Assembly: GCA_014359885.1 (NCBI GenBank)
Contig: JACIYN010000070.1
Span: forward strand, 5,856-69,855
Direction of reading: 5' to 3'
Length of the DNA: 64,000 bases
Source: Desulfacinum sp.
GTDB lineage: Bacteria; Desulfobacterota; Syntrophobacteria; Syntrophobacterales; DSM-9756
Part shown: one piece after another, positions 10,092 to 18,793 of the stretch
Numbering within the stretch: position 1 is the stretch's first letter
Layout of the letters: the number at the start of each line of letters is the position of its first letter
Notes under the pieces: generated by a model
Databases searched by the model: none
The model's input: the letters and a program-made list of their open reading frames with translations, nothing else
Told to the model about the DNA's origin: nothing
Made by a program: the position numbers and the translations under genes

Positions 10092-10175
10092 TCAGCGGTG
10101 GACGGGCCTCACCTGGGGTGAACGCCGCCACCAAAACCATCGGTCAATGTTTCCAAGAATTGGGTTTCCCGACAT
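10092..10175 (-). CDS. Trp-rich attenuator leader peptide (TrpL-like), 27 aa
   Basis: MSGNPILGNIDRWFWWRRSPQVRPVHR*; Trp codons lie in segment 1 of alternative hairpins, ahead of the terminator; RBS spacing is atypical. Confidence 0.78.
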   Translation of the reverse strand: MSGNPILGNIDRWFWWRRSPQVRPVHR

Positions 10176-10213
10176 TCCTTATCCGTTCACAAGGGCCTTC
10201 AAAAAGCAACCCG

Positions 10214-10243
10214 TTTGTAGCAAAACCGGGACAGACGGGTCAA
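10214..10243 (-). promoter_or_regulatory. Putative sigma-70 promoter of the ior leader
   Basis: TTGACC-N18-TACAAA with extended -10 TGn, ~40 nt upstream of the leader ATG. Confidence 0.5.
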
Positions 10244-10369
10244 GGGGATGAACTTGGAGGATTAGGGGATTCAGGGGTAAGGATGAAAACAGGAAGGGAC
10301 GGGGCGGGGATGATCGATCGGCGAAGTTTCGGGCAACCGGGTGGGCGCCTTGGGAAAGGAGGCGGCGGC

Positions 10370-10792
10370 ATGGATGAGGCGGTGCGAAGGAATCTTTGGG
10401 AACGGGTGGAAAAGGAACCCTATGCGCGGCACCTGGGCCTGCGGCTCATCCGGGTGGACGAAGGCTACGCCCTGGTGGAGATGGATTTCGACGAGACGAA
10501 ACAGAACATTTTCGGCATGGCCCATGGAGGCGCCATCTTTTCCCTCATGGACGAAGCCTTCGAAGTGGCGTCCAATTCCCACGGCATCATGGCCGTGGCG
10601 CTCAACATGAACGTGACCTACATGGCGGCTCCCCGGCCGGGCGACACCCTGCGGGCGGAAGCCGCCGAGGTGCATCGGACGCCGAGAACCGCCAGCTACC
10701 AGATACAGGTGACGGGATCGGACGGAACCTTGCTGGCCCTCTGCCAGGCCCTGGTCTACCGGAAAAAGGACCGGGCGATCCTGGAGATGTGA
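10370..10792 (+). CDS. PaaI-family thioesterase
   Basis: QNIFGMAHGGAIFSLMDEAF hot-dog fold motif; RBS AAAGGAGG. Confidence 0.88.
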   Translation: MDEAVRRNLWERVEKEPYARHLGLRLIRVDEGYALVEMDFDETKQNIFGMAHGGAIFSLMDEAFEVASNSHGIMAVALNMNVTYMAAPRPGDTLRAEAAEVHRTPRTASYQIQVTGSDGTLLALCQALVYRKKDRAILEM

Positions 10793-11982
10793 TCGCCGAT
10801 GGCCAGGGAGGAGGTGGCCGCGGGCGAGGGGGCGTTGAGCACGTGCACAACCCCCGGGGATCGGACGATGGCGAAGTCGTCCAGAAGCGATCCGTTGCGG
10901 GCGAGGGCCTGGGCCCGTACGCCGGCTCCTCCCGGTGCCAGGTCCTTTTCTGAGATGTCCGGAAGGAGCTTTTGCAGTGCCCGGGTGAAGAGGGCCTTGG
11001 AATGGGAGCGGGCCATTTCCTCCAGGCCGGGCCGCCAATACCGGAGGGCCAGGCGAAGGAATCCCGGATAGCAAAGCGTTTCCCACAGCTCCTCAAGGTT
11101 CACGGTTTTCTTTGTGTATCCCTCCCGCGCCCAGGCCAGCACGGCGTTGGGGCCCGCCTCCACGCCGCCGTGGAGCATGCGGGTGAAATGGACGCCCAGG
11201 AAGGGAAACCGGGGGTCCGGAACGGGGTAGATGAGATTTCGCACCAGGCGGCGGGCGGGGCCGCCGAGGGTGTAGTATTCGCCCCGGAAAGGAACGATCC
11301 GGATGCCGGGGTCCGTCCCGGAGGCCCGGGCCACACGGTCCGCATAAAGCCCCGCGCAGTTCACGACCCCTTTGGCCGTCCATGGGCCTTGGGAAGTGAA
11401 AACCTCCACCCCCCGGGACTCTCCCCGCTGGGGGAGGACCTTCCGAACCCGGGTTTCATATTGGATGCGACCTCCCCGCGCCTCGATCCATTCTGCGAAG
11501 CCGCGCGCCACTTGGCGGAAATCCACGATGCCTGTGGTGGGCACCCACAGGGCCCGAACACACCACACGTGGGGTTCCATGGAGCGCGCCTCGCGGGGGG
11601 TGAGGACCGCCATGCCCGGCACCCCGTTGGCGATCCCCCTTTCGTAGAGTTTTTGCAAACGCTCCACTTCGGCCCTATCCACGGCCGCCACCACCTTGCC
11701 GCAAACCTCGAAGGGGATGCCCCGTTCCCGGCAGAAGGTGACCAGATTCCGGGCTCCTTCCAGGCACAGCCGGGCCTTGAGCGATCCCGGCCGATAATAG
11801 ATCCCGGAATGGATCACGCCGCTATTGTGGCCGGTCTGATGGCGACCGGGGCCCGCCTCCTTTTCCAGTACCACCACCCGGGTGGAGGGGGAGGCCTTGA
11901 GGATCTGGAGCGCCGTGGCCAGCCCCACGATCCCCGCTCCGATGACCACCACGTCCGCCTGCTTCGATTTGTTGGGTATCAC
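10756..11982 (-). CDS. lhgO: L-2-hydroxyglutarate oxidase
   Basis: GAGIVG, HQTGHNSGVIHSGIYY, PFRGEY, YPVPDPRFPFLGVH, NAPSPAATSSL. Confidence 0.9.
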   Translation of the reverse strand: MIPNKSKQADVVVIGAGIVGLATALQILKASPSTRVVVLEKEAGPGRHQTGHNSGVIHSGIYYRPGSLKARLCLEGARNLVTFCRERGIPFEVCGKVVAAVDRAEVERLQKLYERGIANGVPGMAVLTPREARSMEPHVWCVRALWVPTTGIVDFRQVARGFAEWIEARGGRIQYETRVRKVLPQRGESRGVEVFTSQGPWTAKGVVNCAGLYADRVARASGTDPGIRIVPFRGEYYTLGGPARRLVRNLIYPVPDPRFPFLGVHFTRMLHGGVEAGPNAVLAWAREGYTKKTVNLEELWETLCYPGFLRLALRYWRPGLEEMARSHSKALFTRALQKLLPDISEKDLAPGGAGVRAQALARNGSLLDDFAIVRSPGVVHVLNAPSPAATSSLAIGDHISRIARSFFR

Positions 11983-11997
11983 TGCCGAGTCCTCCGG

Positions 11998-12250
11998 TCG
12001 TGAGTCGTAAATCGTAAATCGTAAATCGTAAATCGTGAGTCGTGAGTCGTCTCCCCCCCTTTTTCAAAGGGGGGCGGGGGGGATTGCCCCCGACGGCTTC
12101 GCCCCCCTCCCTTATCCCCTATCCCATACCCCCTACCCCTCGTACCACTCTTCACCCCTAACTCGTCACTCGTCACTCGTCACTCGTCACCCGTCACTCA
12201 TCACCCGTCACTCATCACCCGTCACTCATCACCCGTCACTCATCACTCAC
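11998..12250. repeat. Composite repeat region: (TCGTAAA/TCGTGAG)n, CCCCCCTTTTTCAAAGGGGG palindrome, (TATCCCC)-like and (TCACTCG/TCACCCG/TCACTCA)n heptamers
   Basis: Read directly between the radical SAM stop and the lhgO start. Confidence 0.9.
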
Positions 12251-13533
12251 GCATCGGGATCCAGGCACGGGTTGAAGTAGCCGAAGCCCAGGTGGGGAAA
12301 GCGCTCCCGGAGCAGCTGCATGAGCCTTCGGATGCCCAGGGGCTTTCCCGACAGCTTGTGCCCGATGGAGGCGAGAAGCCATTCAGGGTCGGCATTGAAG
12401 TTGCGCATCTGGATGAAATCCAGGCCGGTGGATTCCACAAGCCGGCACAGGGCCTTCACCTCTTCGGGATCGTCGGTAAAGCCGGGAAGGACGAAGTAGT
12501 TGATGGAAACGAAGCCTCCGGCTGCCTTCATGGCCTGGATGGAGCGGACCAGATCCTCGAAGCCGTAGCCCTTGGGACGATAGTAGGCGTGGTAGGCCTC
12601 GGGGCGGGCGGAATTGAGGCTCACGCGGATGCTGTCGCATCCGGCCCGGGCCAGACGCTCGATGACGTCCGGAAGGCTGCCGTTGGTGTTGCAGTTGATG
12701 GTTCCCCGGCTCGTCTCCCGGCGCATGATCCGGATGGCCTCTTCCAGGACGGGGCCCTGGAGGATCGGTTCGCCTTCGCAGCCCTGGCCGAAGCTCACCA
12801 CCGCCCGGGGAGCCTTCTTCAGGTGCGGCACGGCCACTCCGGCGATTTCTTCCGGCGTGGGGACAAAGGTGATGCGGTCCTGGGTGGCGCAGAGATCTTC
12901 GCGTTCCTGGAGGCTGATGCAGCCCAGGCAGCGGGCGTTGCACGCGGGGGAGGTGGGAAGCGGTGCTTCCCAGCGGTTCATGAAGAGGTTTCGAGCCGCC
13001 GGGCACCCGTAGGTGAGGGCGCATTTTCCCAGGTGCTGAACCAGCCGGTTGGTGGATTCTTGCTGCATGCGCCGCCGCGCGTTTCGGGCGATTGTTTCCT
13101 GGTCGAAATTCCGAAAATCCTGCCGGGGATCCGGATCCACCCGAACGGCCGTGGTGAAGAAACGGCCCTCGTGCCAGCCCACGGCCGTGTAGGCGAAGAG
13201 CGGCAGGAGGGGGGCCCCTGGACGCGTCTTGTAGGCCGCCGTGTAGATCTGCGTGTGGGCGGGGGCCACGAAGGCCGCCACGGCTTCCACGGTCTTGGAC
13301 GGATCGTAGGGATCCCGGGTGAGAACCTGGAAGCGCTTCCTTTTCCGGTCGTAGCCCACGGGATACCGGCCCGGGAGTCGGAAGAGTTCGCTTCCTTCCG
13401 GAAGGGGAATCAGGTCCGCGGGTGCCGGCCTCTTCCATTGGCCTGCCTGGGATCCCACCATTTCCAGGTAGGGGTGATCCAGGATGTTTCCGTTTTCGTC
13501 GGCGTAGAGCAGCGCGGGGTGTCGGGTCTTCAT
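12247..13533 (-). CDS. Radical SAM protein
   Basis: CNARCLGC motif, SFGQGCEGEP. Confidence 0.88.
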   Translation of the reverse strand: MKTRHPALLYADENGNILDHPYLEMVGSQAGQWKRPAPADLIPLPEGSELFRLPGRYPVGYDRKRKRFQVLTRDPYDPSKTVEAVAAFVAPAHTQIYTAAYKTRPGAPLLPLFAYTAVGWHEGRFFTTAVRVDPDPRQDFRNFDQETIARNARRRMQQESTNRLVQHLGKCALTYGCPAARNLFMNRWEAPLPTSPACNARCLGCISLQEREDLCATQDRITFVPTPEEIAGVAVPHLKKAPRAVVSFGQGCEGEPILQGPVLEEAIRIMRRETSRGTINCNTNGSLPDVIERLARAGCDSIRVSLNSARPEAYHAYYRPKGYGFEDLVRSIQAMKAAGGFVSINYFVLPGFTDDPEEVKALCRLVESTGLDFIQMRNFNADPEWLLASIGHKLSGKPLGIRRLMQLLRERFPHLGFGYFNPCLDPDA

Positions 13534-13559
13534 GAATCGGTCGTGGCTTGGATGGTCAA

Positions 13560-14375
13560 TCAGATGAGATCCGAAAGGTGGCGGAAGGCGTCCGGTTTGT
13601 TCTGTCGCACGATTTCCAGGAACGCATCCAGGAATTGGAAGGCGAAGGGGGTCATCCGCTGGTGGTGGATCATGATTCCCACGGGCTCCTTGCGGGCCAG
13701 GGCGCCGGAAAGCTCCCGGAGGAGCTTCTCGTAGTCCTGTTCCGGATCGTCGCCTTTGCGAGTGTGCAGATCCACGAGAATCCGGAGATTGGTCAGGCTC
13801 TTTGCGGCCTTGGAGTTTCGCGGAAGATGTTCCGTGGTGGAAATGGCTTCAAAGCCCAGCTGTTCCAAGACCACCAGGGTGGCGTCGCTGAATCGGTTCC
13901 ACGGCGGAGTGAACACCGGCAGGGCCCTCTCGCCGAAGATTTCCTTCATCTTGTTGCTTCCCTGCCAGATGTCTTTCCATTGTTTGTCCAGCGGACGCTG
14001 TTCCCCGAATTCCGACTTCTTTCCCGTCTTCTGCCAGTTCACATGGCGCCAGCCGTGCTGATGCCACCCCCAGAGGTCCTCTTCCGGGGGAGCCGATTGG
14101 AAGAGTTGGTCCACCCGGGATCGGCTGAGCCATGCGGGGACGACGGCCAGAGCCAGCGGGACCCCGTGTTTCCTGAAAAGATCGCACAGGGCATGGAACG
14201 CGCGCCCGCCCGCTCCGATGTCGTCGGCTCGGAAAAAAAGCTCCGGGGAGTACGATCCGCCGGGAAAACGGCACGCGGCTTCAAGGCGCGCTTTCCAGCT
14301 CTCGGGCGGCTTGCGCCAAAGCGGCGAGCAGGTGCGCGGCCGAATGGCGGCGGTCCACGTGGCGGAGGTTTTCAC
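13560..14375 (-). CDS. Polysaccharide deacetylase family protein
   Basis: FFRADD, HQHGWRH, FTPPWN, MIHH; GTG start with AAGGAG RBS. Confidence 0.8.
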   Translation of the reverse strand: MKTSATWTAAIRPRTCSPLWRKPPESWKARLEAACRFPGGSYSPELFFRADDIGAGGRAFHALCDLFRKHGVPLALAVVPAWLSRSRVDQLFQSAPPEEDLWGWHQHGWRHVNWQKTGKKSEFGEQRPLDKQWKDIWQGSNKMKEIFGERALPVFTPPWNRFSDATLVVLEQLGFEAISTTEHLPRNSKAAKSLTNLRILVDLHTRKGDDPEQDYEKLLRELSGALARKEPVGIMIHHQRMTPFAFQFLDAFLEIVRQNKPDAFRHLSDLI

Positions 14376-14397
14376 GGATATCGGCTCCTTTGGTTGT

Positions 14398-14649
14398 CTA
14401 GCCTTCGGATTCTTGGGGATCTGGAATGTCTTCGTCGCAGCCCGGTAGGCGAAACACGTCGTCAAAGACCTTGGCGGCGCCCTTGGATTTGGAAAACGCC
14501 CCGATGTCTTCCAAGAAATCCAGGTACGCATCGCCATCGGCCGGGGACGGCGTCTTCAAGGGTCCCGCCGTTCTCGCCGGCCATCCATCCCGGGGCAATT
14601 CCTCGTCCAGCCGGAGGTGTCTCGGTTTTTCAGGATACGAGTTGCTCAT
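14398..14649 (-). CDS. Small hypothetical protein (partner of upstream nucleotidyltransferase remnant)
   Basis: 83 aa, YLDFLEDI segment; overlaps the 3' end of the upstream ORF. Confidence 0.5.
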   Translation of the reverse strand: MSNSYPEKPRHLRLDEELPRDGWPARTAGPLKTPSPADGDAYLDFLEDIGAFSKSKGAAKVFDDVFRLPGCDEDIPDPQESEG

Positions 14650-14842
14650 AGCGATCTTCCATGCCGTACTGCCTGAAAATCTTTCTTACCTCCTCCCGGT
14701 CCACACCGTCCACCTCCAGGGGGTGCACATGGTTGGAAAAACCCGCCGAGCGCTGGAGCGCAAAAGCTCCGATCAGTGCGTAGTCGATCCGCTCCTTTTC
14801 AAAAAAACTCACCAGGAGCTGAACGGTTTTTCGAAATTTCAT
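14630..14842 (-). pseudogene. Internally deleted nucleotidyltransferase-family gene
   Basis: 70 aa; keeps N-terminal IDYALIGAFAL, mid-protein GFSNHVHPL and a C-terminal helix, but lacks the RxTxDxD catalytic segment. Confidence 0.55.
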
Positions 14843-14969
14843 GGCGCGGACGACTCATCACGGCGGAGATTGACACAGCCCCTCGGGAAGGATAGGCATC
14901 CTTTTGGTTACCTGAGGCGGTCGAAAAAGACAACGGGTTTCTCATGATCTCTTCCCCGGAGGGCAGGAC

Positions 14970-16214
14970 ATGGTCCGTGTGGGCGGTGCAACTTCCAAGG
15001 GCCTGGAACGAAGGATCCGGACCCACATCCGATCCCGGGTGCACCGGTTCGCCGCCACGGCTCCAAAAGAATTGATCGGCATGTGTCGGCGGGAACTTGA
15101 GAAAATTGGAGCAAATGTGGTGGAGATTTCCGAGGCCGGGGTCGAATTCGAGGGCAGGTTGGACCTCTGTTACCAAGCCAATCTGTGGCTCCGGACGGCG
15201 GGGCGCGTTTTGTGCCGCCTGCCGGCTTTCCGGGCCGGGGCCCGCGAGGAACTCTTCGCCAGGGCGGCCAAGATCCCCTGGGAGCTCTGGCTTCCCCGCG
15301 GTGTTCCCCTGGCGGTGGAGGCCTACCTAATCCGATCCCGCATCCGCCACACCGAGCCGGCGGCGCAGGCGGTGAAGGATGCCGTCCGCCGTCGGCTGGA
15401 AGAAATGGGCCTGGAGCCGCATTTTGCGGAGGACCGCCCGCGGGAGGATTCTCCTTCCGGTCCGGCCGAAGCCGGGGCGGAAGGCTTGGCCCAGCGGATC
15501 CTCGTTCGGATGGAAAACAACCGCTGTGTCATCAGCCTGGACACCACAGGGCCCCACCTGCACCAGCGGGGCTACCGGCTGCGCCACACCGGGGCGCCGC
15601 TGCGGGAGACCCTGGCGGCGGCCATCCTCCAACGAGCGGGTTGGGACGGCCGGCGTCCGCTGGTGGACGGCATGTGCGGCTCCGGAACCCTGGCCATCGA
15701 GGCGGCCTGGATGGGGCGGGGGGCGGCGCCCGGCCGAAAGCGGCGCTTCCTGTTTGAAAAATGGCCGTCTTTCCAGGAAAAGACGTGGCTCCATCTGCTG
15801 CGAAAGGCGGAAGAGGCGGTCGACCGTTCCGTGGAATTGCGGATCGTGGGGATCGATCGGGAGGGCGCCGCCTTGCAAATCGCCGCCGACAACGCACGCC
15901 GGGCCGAGGCCGCCGGGGACATCCGATGGGTGAAGGCGCCCTTTGAAGGTTTCCGGCCCGTGGATCATGGGCTGTCCGGAGGCCTTGTGGTTCTCAATCC
16001 GCCCTACGGCGTGCGGCTTTCCGGGGGGGACATGGAGATGTATCGCCGCATTCTGCGTCATCTGGAAAAACATTTTGCGGGCTGGCAGGCGGCGGTGATC
16101 TCCCCCGTCCGGGAATTCCTGTCGGACGGAGCCGTGCGACCCGATCGGATCTGGAAGGTGCGCCACGGGGGCTTGCCGGTCCATGTGGGATTCTACCGGC
16201 TTTCTTCGCGCTAA
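14970..16214 (+). CDS. THUMP-domain SAM-dependent RNA methyltransferase (RlmL-like)
   Basis: NLWLRTAGRVL, LHQRGYR, APLRETLAAA, DGMCGSGT, NPPYG. Confidence 0.88.
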   Translation: MVRVGGATSKGLERRIRTHIRSRVHRFAATAPKELIGMCRRELEKIGANVVEISEAGVEFEGRLDLCYQANLWLRTAGRVLCRLPAFRAGAREELFARAAKIPWELWLPRGVPLAVEAYLIRSRIRHTEPAAQAVKDAVRRRLEEMGLEPHFAEDRPREDSPSGPAEAGAEGLAQRILVRMENNRCVISLDTTGPHLHQRGYRLRHTGAPLRETLAAAILQRAGWDGRRPLVDGMCGSGTLAIEAAWMGRGAAPGRKRRFLFEKWPSFQEKTWLHLLRKAEEAVDRSVELRIVGIDREGAALQIAADNARRAEAAGDIRWVKAPFEGFRPVDHGLSGGLVVLNPPYGVRLSGGDMEMYRRILRHLEKHFAGWQAAVISPVREFLSDGAVRPDRIWKVRHGGLPVHVGFYRLSSR

Positions 16215-16254
16215 TGTGAAAAAGAACCGCGAATGAACGCCAATGGACGCCAAT
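16212..16254. repeat. Dispersed element with decamer (ATTCGCGTTC-like) repeats, reverse orientation
   Basis: Reverse complement ATTGGCGTCCATTGGCGTTCATTCGCGGTTCTTTTTCACATTA matches 38907-38950 and 63381-63415. Confidence 0.7.
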
Positions 16255-16362
16255 GAGCTTTTTTTGTTTTCATCCGTGCGGGGTGGCGCAAGGGGAGCCA
16301 TGACTGTTAGCCCCGATCACGGCGTGCCGAGACGAGGAAGATTGAATGCACTTCGGAAGAAG

Positions 16363-16398
16363 AACCGTAGGGGCGAAAAATCTTTCGCCCCTACGGTT
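16363..16398. repeat. GTAG-type REP palindrome (family A variant)
   Basis: AACCGTAGGGGCGAAAAATCTTTCGCCCCTACGGTT. Confidence 0.8.
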
Positions 16399-16449
16399 CA
16401 AGGCTTCGGCGAACAAAACATGAGCTTCGTGCAAAGGGTGGATAAGGAC

Positions 16450-17361
16450 ATGACCCGAGCGGTGATCCTGGAAGAATCGGCTCCCAGGGACGGGCTCCAG
16501 AACGAGTCCCGCATCTTTACGGTGGAGGAACGGGTGTGGCTGGTGGAGGCTCTGGCCGAATGCGGTTTCCCACGCATCCAGGTGGGTTCCATGGTCCATC
16601 CCCGGGCCGTGCCCCAGATGGCGGACACCGAAACCGTCTGCCGGCGGATCCGGAAAAGACCGGGCGTGGCCTATACCGTCCTGGTTCTGAATGAAAGGGG
16701 CCTGGACCGGGCTCTGGCCTGCGGGTTGGACCATGTGGCCGTATTTGCTTCGGCGTCCGAAACCCACAGCCGGAAGAACACCGGATGCAGCGCGGAGGAG
16801 GGGTTTCGGCGCGCGAGCTCCGTGGTGCGCCGGGCCGTGGAGGCCGGTGTGACCGTCCAGGCCGGCGTCATGAACGCCTTCGGGTGCCGTTTCGAGGGGG
16901 CGGTTCCCCGGGAGCGGGTATGGGAGATCCTGGCGTCGCTTCGGGAGGCGGGAGCTGGCGAATTGTGCCTGGCGGACACCTCGGGCATGGCCCATCCCGC
17001 GCAGATGGAGGAGCTTTTGCGGGAATGTGTCCCGAAGTTGGACGTGCCCCTGGCCCTCCATCTTCACGACACCTGGGGATTCGGGATCGCCAACGTCTAC
17101 GCGGCGTGGAAGATGGGCGTGCGCCGATTCGATGTGGCGTGCGGAGGGCTGGGGGGATGCCCTTTCATCCCAGGTGCACCCGGCAATGTGGCCTCCGAAG
17201 ACGTCGTCCACCTCTTTGAATCCATGGGGGTATCCACCGGCGTGGACCTGGAGGGCTTGGTCCGGGTGGTGCATGACCTGGAACGGAAACTGGGGCGTGA
17301 GCTTTCCGGGCACTACTCGAGATGGCGGCGCCCCGCACCCCGCAAGGACACACCGTCATGA
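16450..17361 (+). CDS. Hydroxymethylglutaryl-CoA lyase family
   Basis: PRDGLQNE, VPQMADT, LADTSG, HLHDTWG, GLGGCPF..GAPGN. Confidence 0.9.
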   Translation: MTRAVILEESAPRDGLQNESRIFTVEERVWLVEALAECGFPRIQVGSMVHPRAVPQMADTETVCRRIRKRPGVAYTVLVLNERGLDRALACGLDHVAVFASASETHSRKNTGCSAEEGFRRASSVVRRAVEAGVTVQAGVMNAFGCRFEGAVPRERVWEILASLREAGAGELCLADTSGMAHPAQMEELLRECVPKLDVPLALHLHDTWGFGIANVYAAWKMGVRRFDVACGGLGGCPFIPGAPGNVASEDVVHLFESMGVSTGVDLEGLVRVVHDLERKLGRELSGHYSRWRRPAPRKDTPS

Positions 17362-18791
17362 GCGGACAGGAAAAGGCGGCGCAAGAGACCATCGGGGAGA
17401 GCCTTTCGGGAAGGGACACGGCCAAGGTCCTTCACTGGCTGCTGGCGGCCGCGCTCCTGGCCCTCTTTGTGGTGTGCCTGTGGCTCTTTTGGGACATCTG
17501 GGCGGCGCGAAACGACCTGCAGGCCTTCCTGCGGCAAAGGGCTCTTCCTCCCACCGGCGTTTCCGGGTCTCTTCTGGCCGACATGAAGGATCTGTATCGC
17601 CAGGAGATCACGCTCAACCTGGTGCTGGCCTCTCTCATCCTGGTCATGGGCGTTCTTCTGGGCGGCTATGTTTCCCACTGGGTCCGGTTGTCCGGGCGCA
17701 TGAAGGATATTCAGAACATCGACCGCTACATCCTCCAGAGCATCACCCGCGGGGTGGTGACGGTGGACGAAAGGCGGCGGATCACCAGCTGCAACAGGGC
17801 CTTCGGCGAAATCCTGGGCCTTTCCGCGTCTTTGTGCTCCGGGAGGTCGTTCGCGTCCGTCTTCCCCGAGGACAGTCCGTTTCGCCGAATGGTGGAATGG
17901 GCCCTTCGAAGCCCGGGAAACATGGATGCGGAAGACGAGATCGTCTACAGGGCGCCGGACGGAAAGGAAAAACCGCTGCGCCTCACCACCTGCGCCCTCC
18001 GAAACGAAAAGGGGCGCCTCATCGGCGTCATCCTGCTGGTCAAGGACCTCACGCCCATCAAGGCCCTGGAAGAGCGGCTCCGCCGCCAGGAACGCCTGGC
18101 CGCCATCGGCCATCTCACCCGGAGGATCCTCCACGAGGTGCGCAACCCCTTGAGCGCCATGGACCTCAACCTCCAGCTCCTCCAGGAACGGCTGGAAGGG
18201 CTGGGGGTTCACGATCCCAAAGCGGAGCGGTATCTTCGGGTGGTCTTTTCCGAGCTTCATCGCCTGGACAAGGTGGTGGGGGATACACACCACAGCGTCA
18301 CTCCGCCGCCGGTGCACCTGCGGCCCGTGATGGTGCAGGATCTCTTGACGCAGGTGGCCGAAGGGCTGCGCGCCTCCTTCGAAAAGGACGGCCACCGTCT
18401 GGTGTTGGATCTGTGGCCGGAGCCCTTGGAGATCACGGCCGACTCGGACCGGATCAAGGAGGTGCTCATCAACCTGCTGCTCAATGCCCTGGACGCCGTG
18501 GCGGGCCGAACCGGGCGCGTGATCCTGCGCTGCCGGTTGGAAGAACGCACGAACCGGGTCGTGGTGGAGGTGGAAGACAACGGGGCGGGAATCCCCTGGG
18601 AGAACCTGTCGAAGGTCTTCGACCCCTACTTCACCACCAAGCGCCGGGGTACCGGTTTGGGCTTGAGTGTGGTACACAACATCGTGAAGCAGCACGGAGG
18701 CGAGATCCACGTTTCCAGTTGGGTGGACGAAGGGACGATTTTCGCCGTCCATCTCCCGGGTCCCCTATCCAGCGAGATGCCGTCTCACTGA
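17358..18791 (+). CDS. Membrane PAS sensor histidine kinase
   Basis: Two TM helices, PAS domain, HEVRNPL H-box, N-box NLLLNA, DNGAGI, FTTK.GTGLGL. Confidence 0.92.
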   Translation: MSGQEKAAQETIGESLSGRDTAKVLHWLLAAALLALFVVCLWLFWDIWAARNDLQAFLRQRALPPTGVSGSLLADMKDLYRQEITLNLVLASLILVMGVLLGGYVSHWVRLSGRMKDIQNIDRYILQSITRGVVTVDERRRITSCNRAFGEILGLSASLCSGRSFASVFPEDSPFRRMVEWALRSPGNMDAEDEIVYRAPDGKEKPLRLTTCALRNEKGRLIGVILLVKDLTPIKALEERLRRQERLAAIGHLTRRILHEVRNPLSAMDLNLQLLQERLEGLGVHDPKAERYLRVVFSELHRLDKVVGDTHHSVTPPPVHLRPVMVQDLLTQVAEGLRASFEKDGHRLVLDLWPEPLEITADSDRIKEVLINLLLNALDAVAGRTGRVILRCRLEERTNRVVVEVEDNGAGIPWENLSKVFDPYFTTKRRGTGLGLSVVHNIVKQHGGEIHVSSWVDEGTIFAVHLPGPLSSEMPSH

Positions 18792-18793
18792 CC

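Noticed and set aside
11998-12250. Repeat-rich gaps as possible CRISPR arrays
   Set aside because: Units are contiguous 7-mers without unique spacers; no cas genes in the window
17027-18793. Apparent 1047-aa response regulator with a long N-terminal extension
   Set aside because: The extension is an off-frame read through the lyase and kinase genes; the receiver domain starts at ATG 18794
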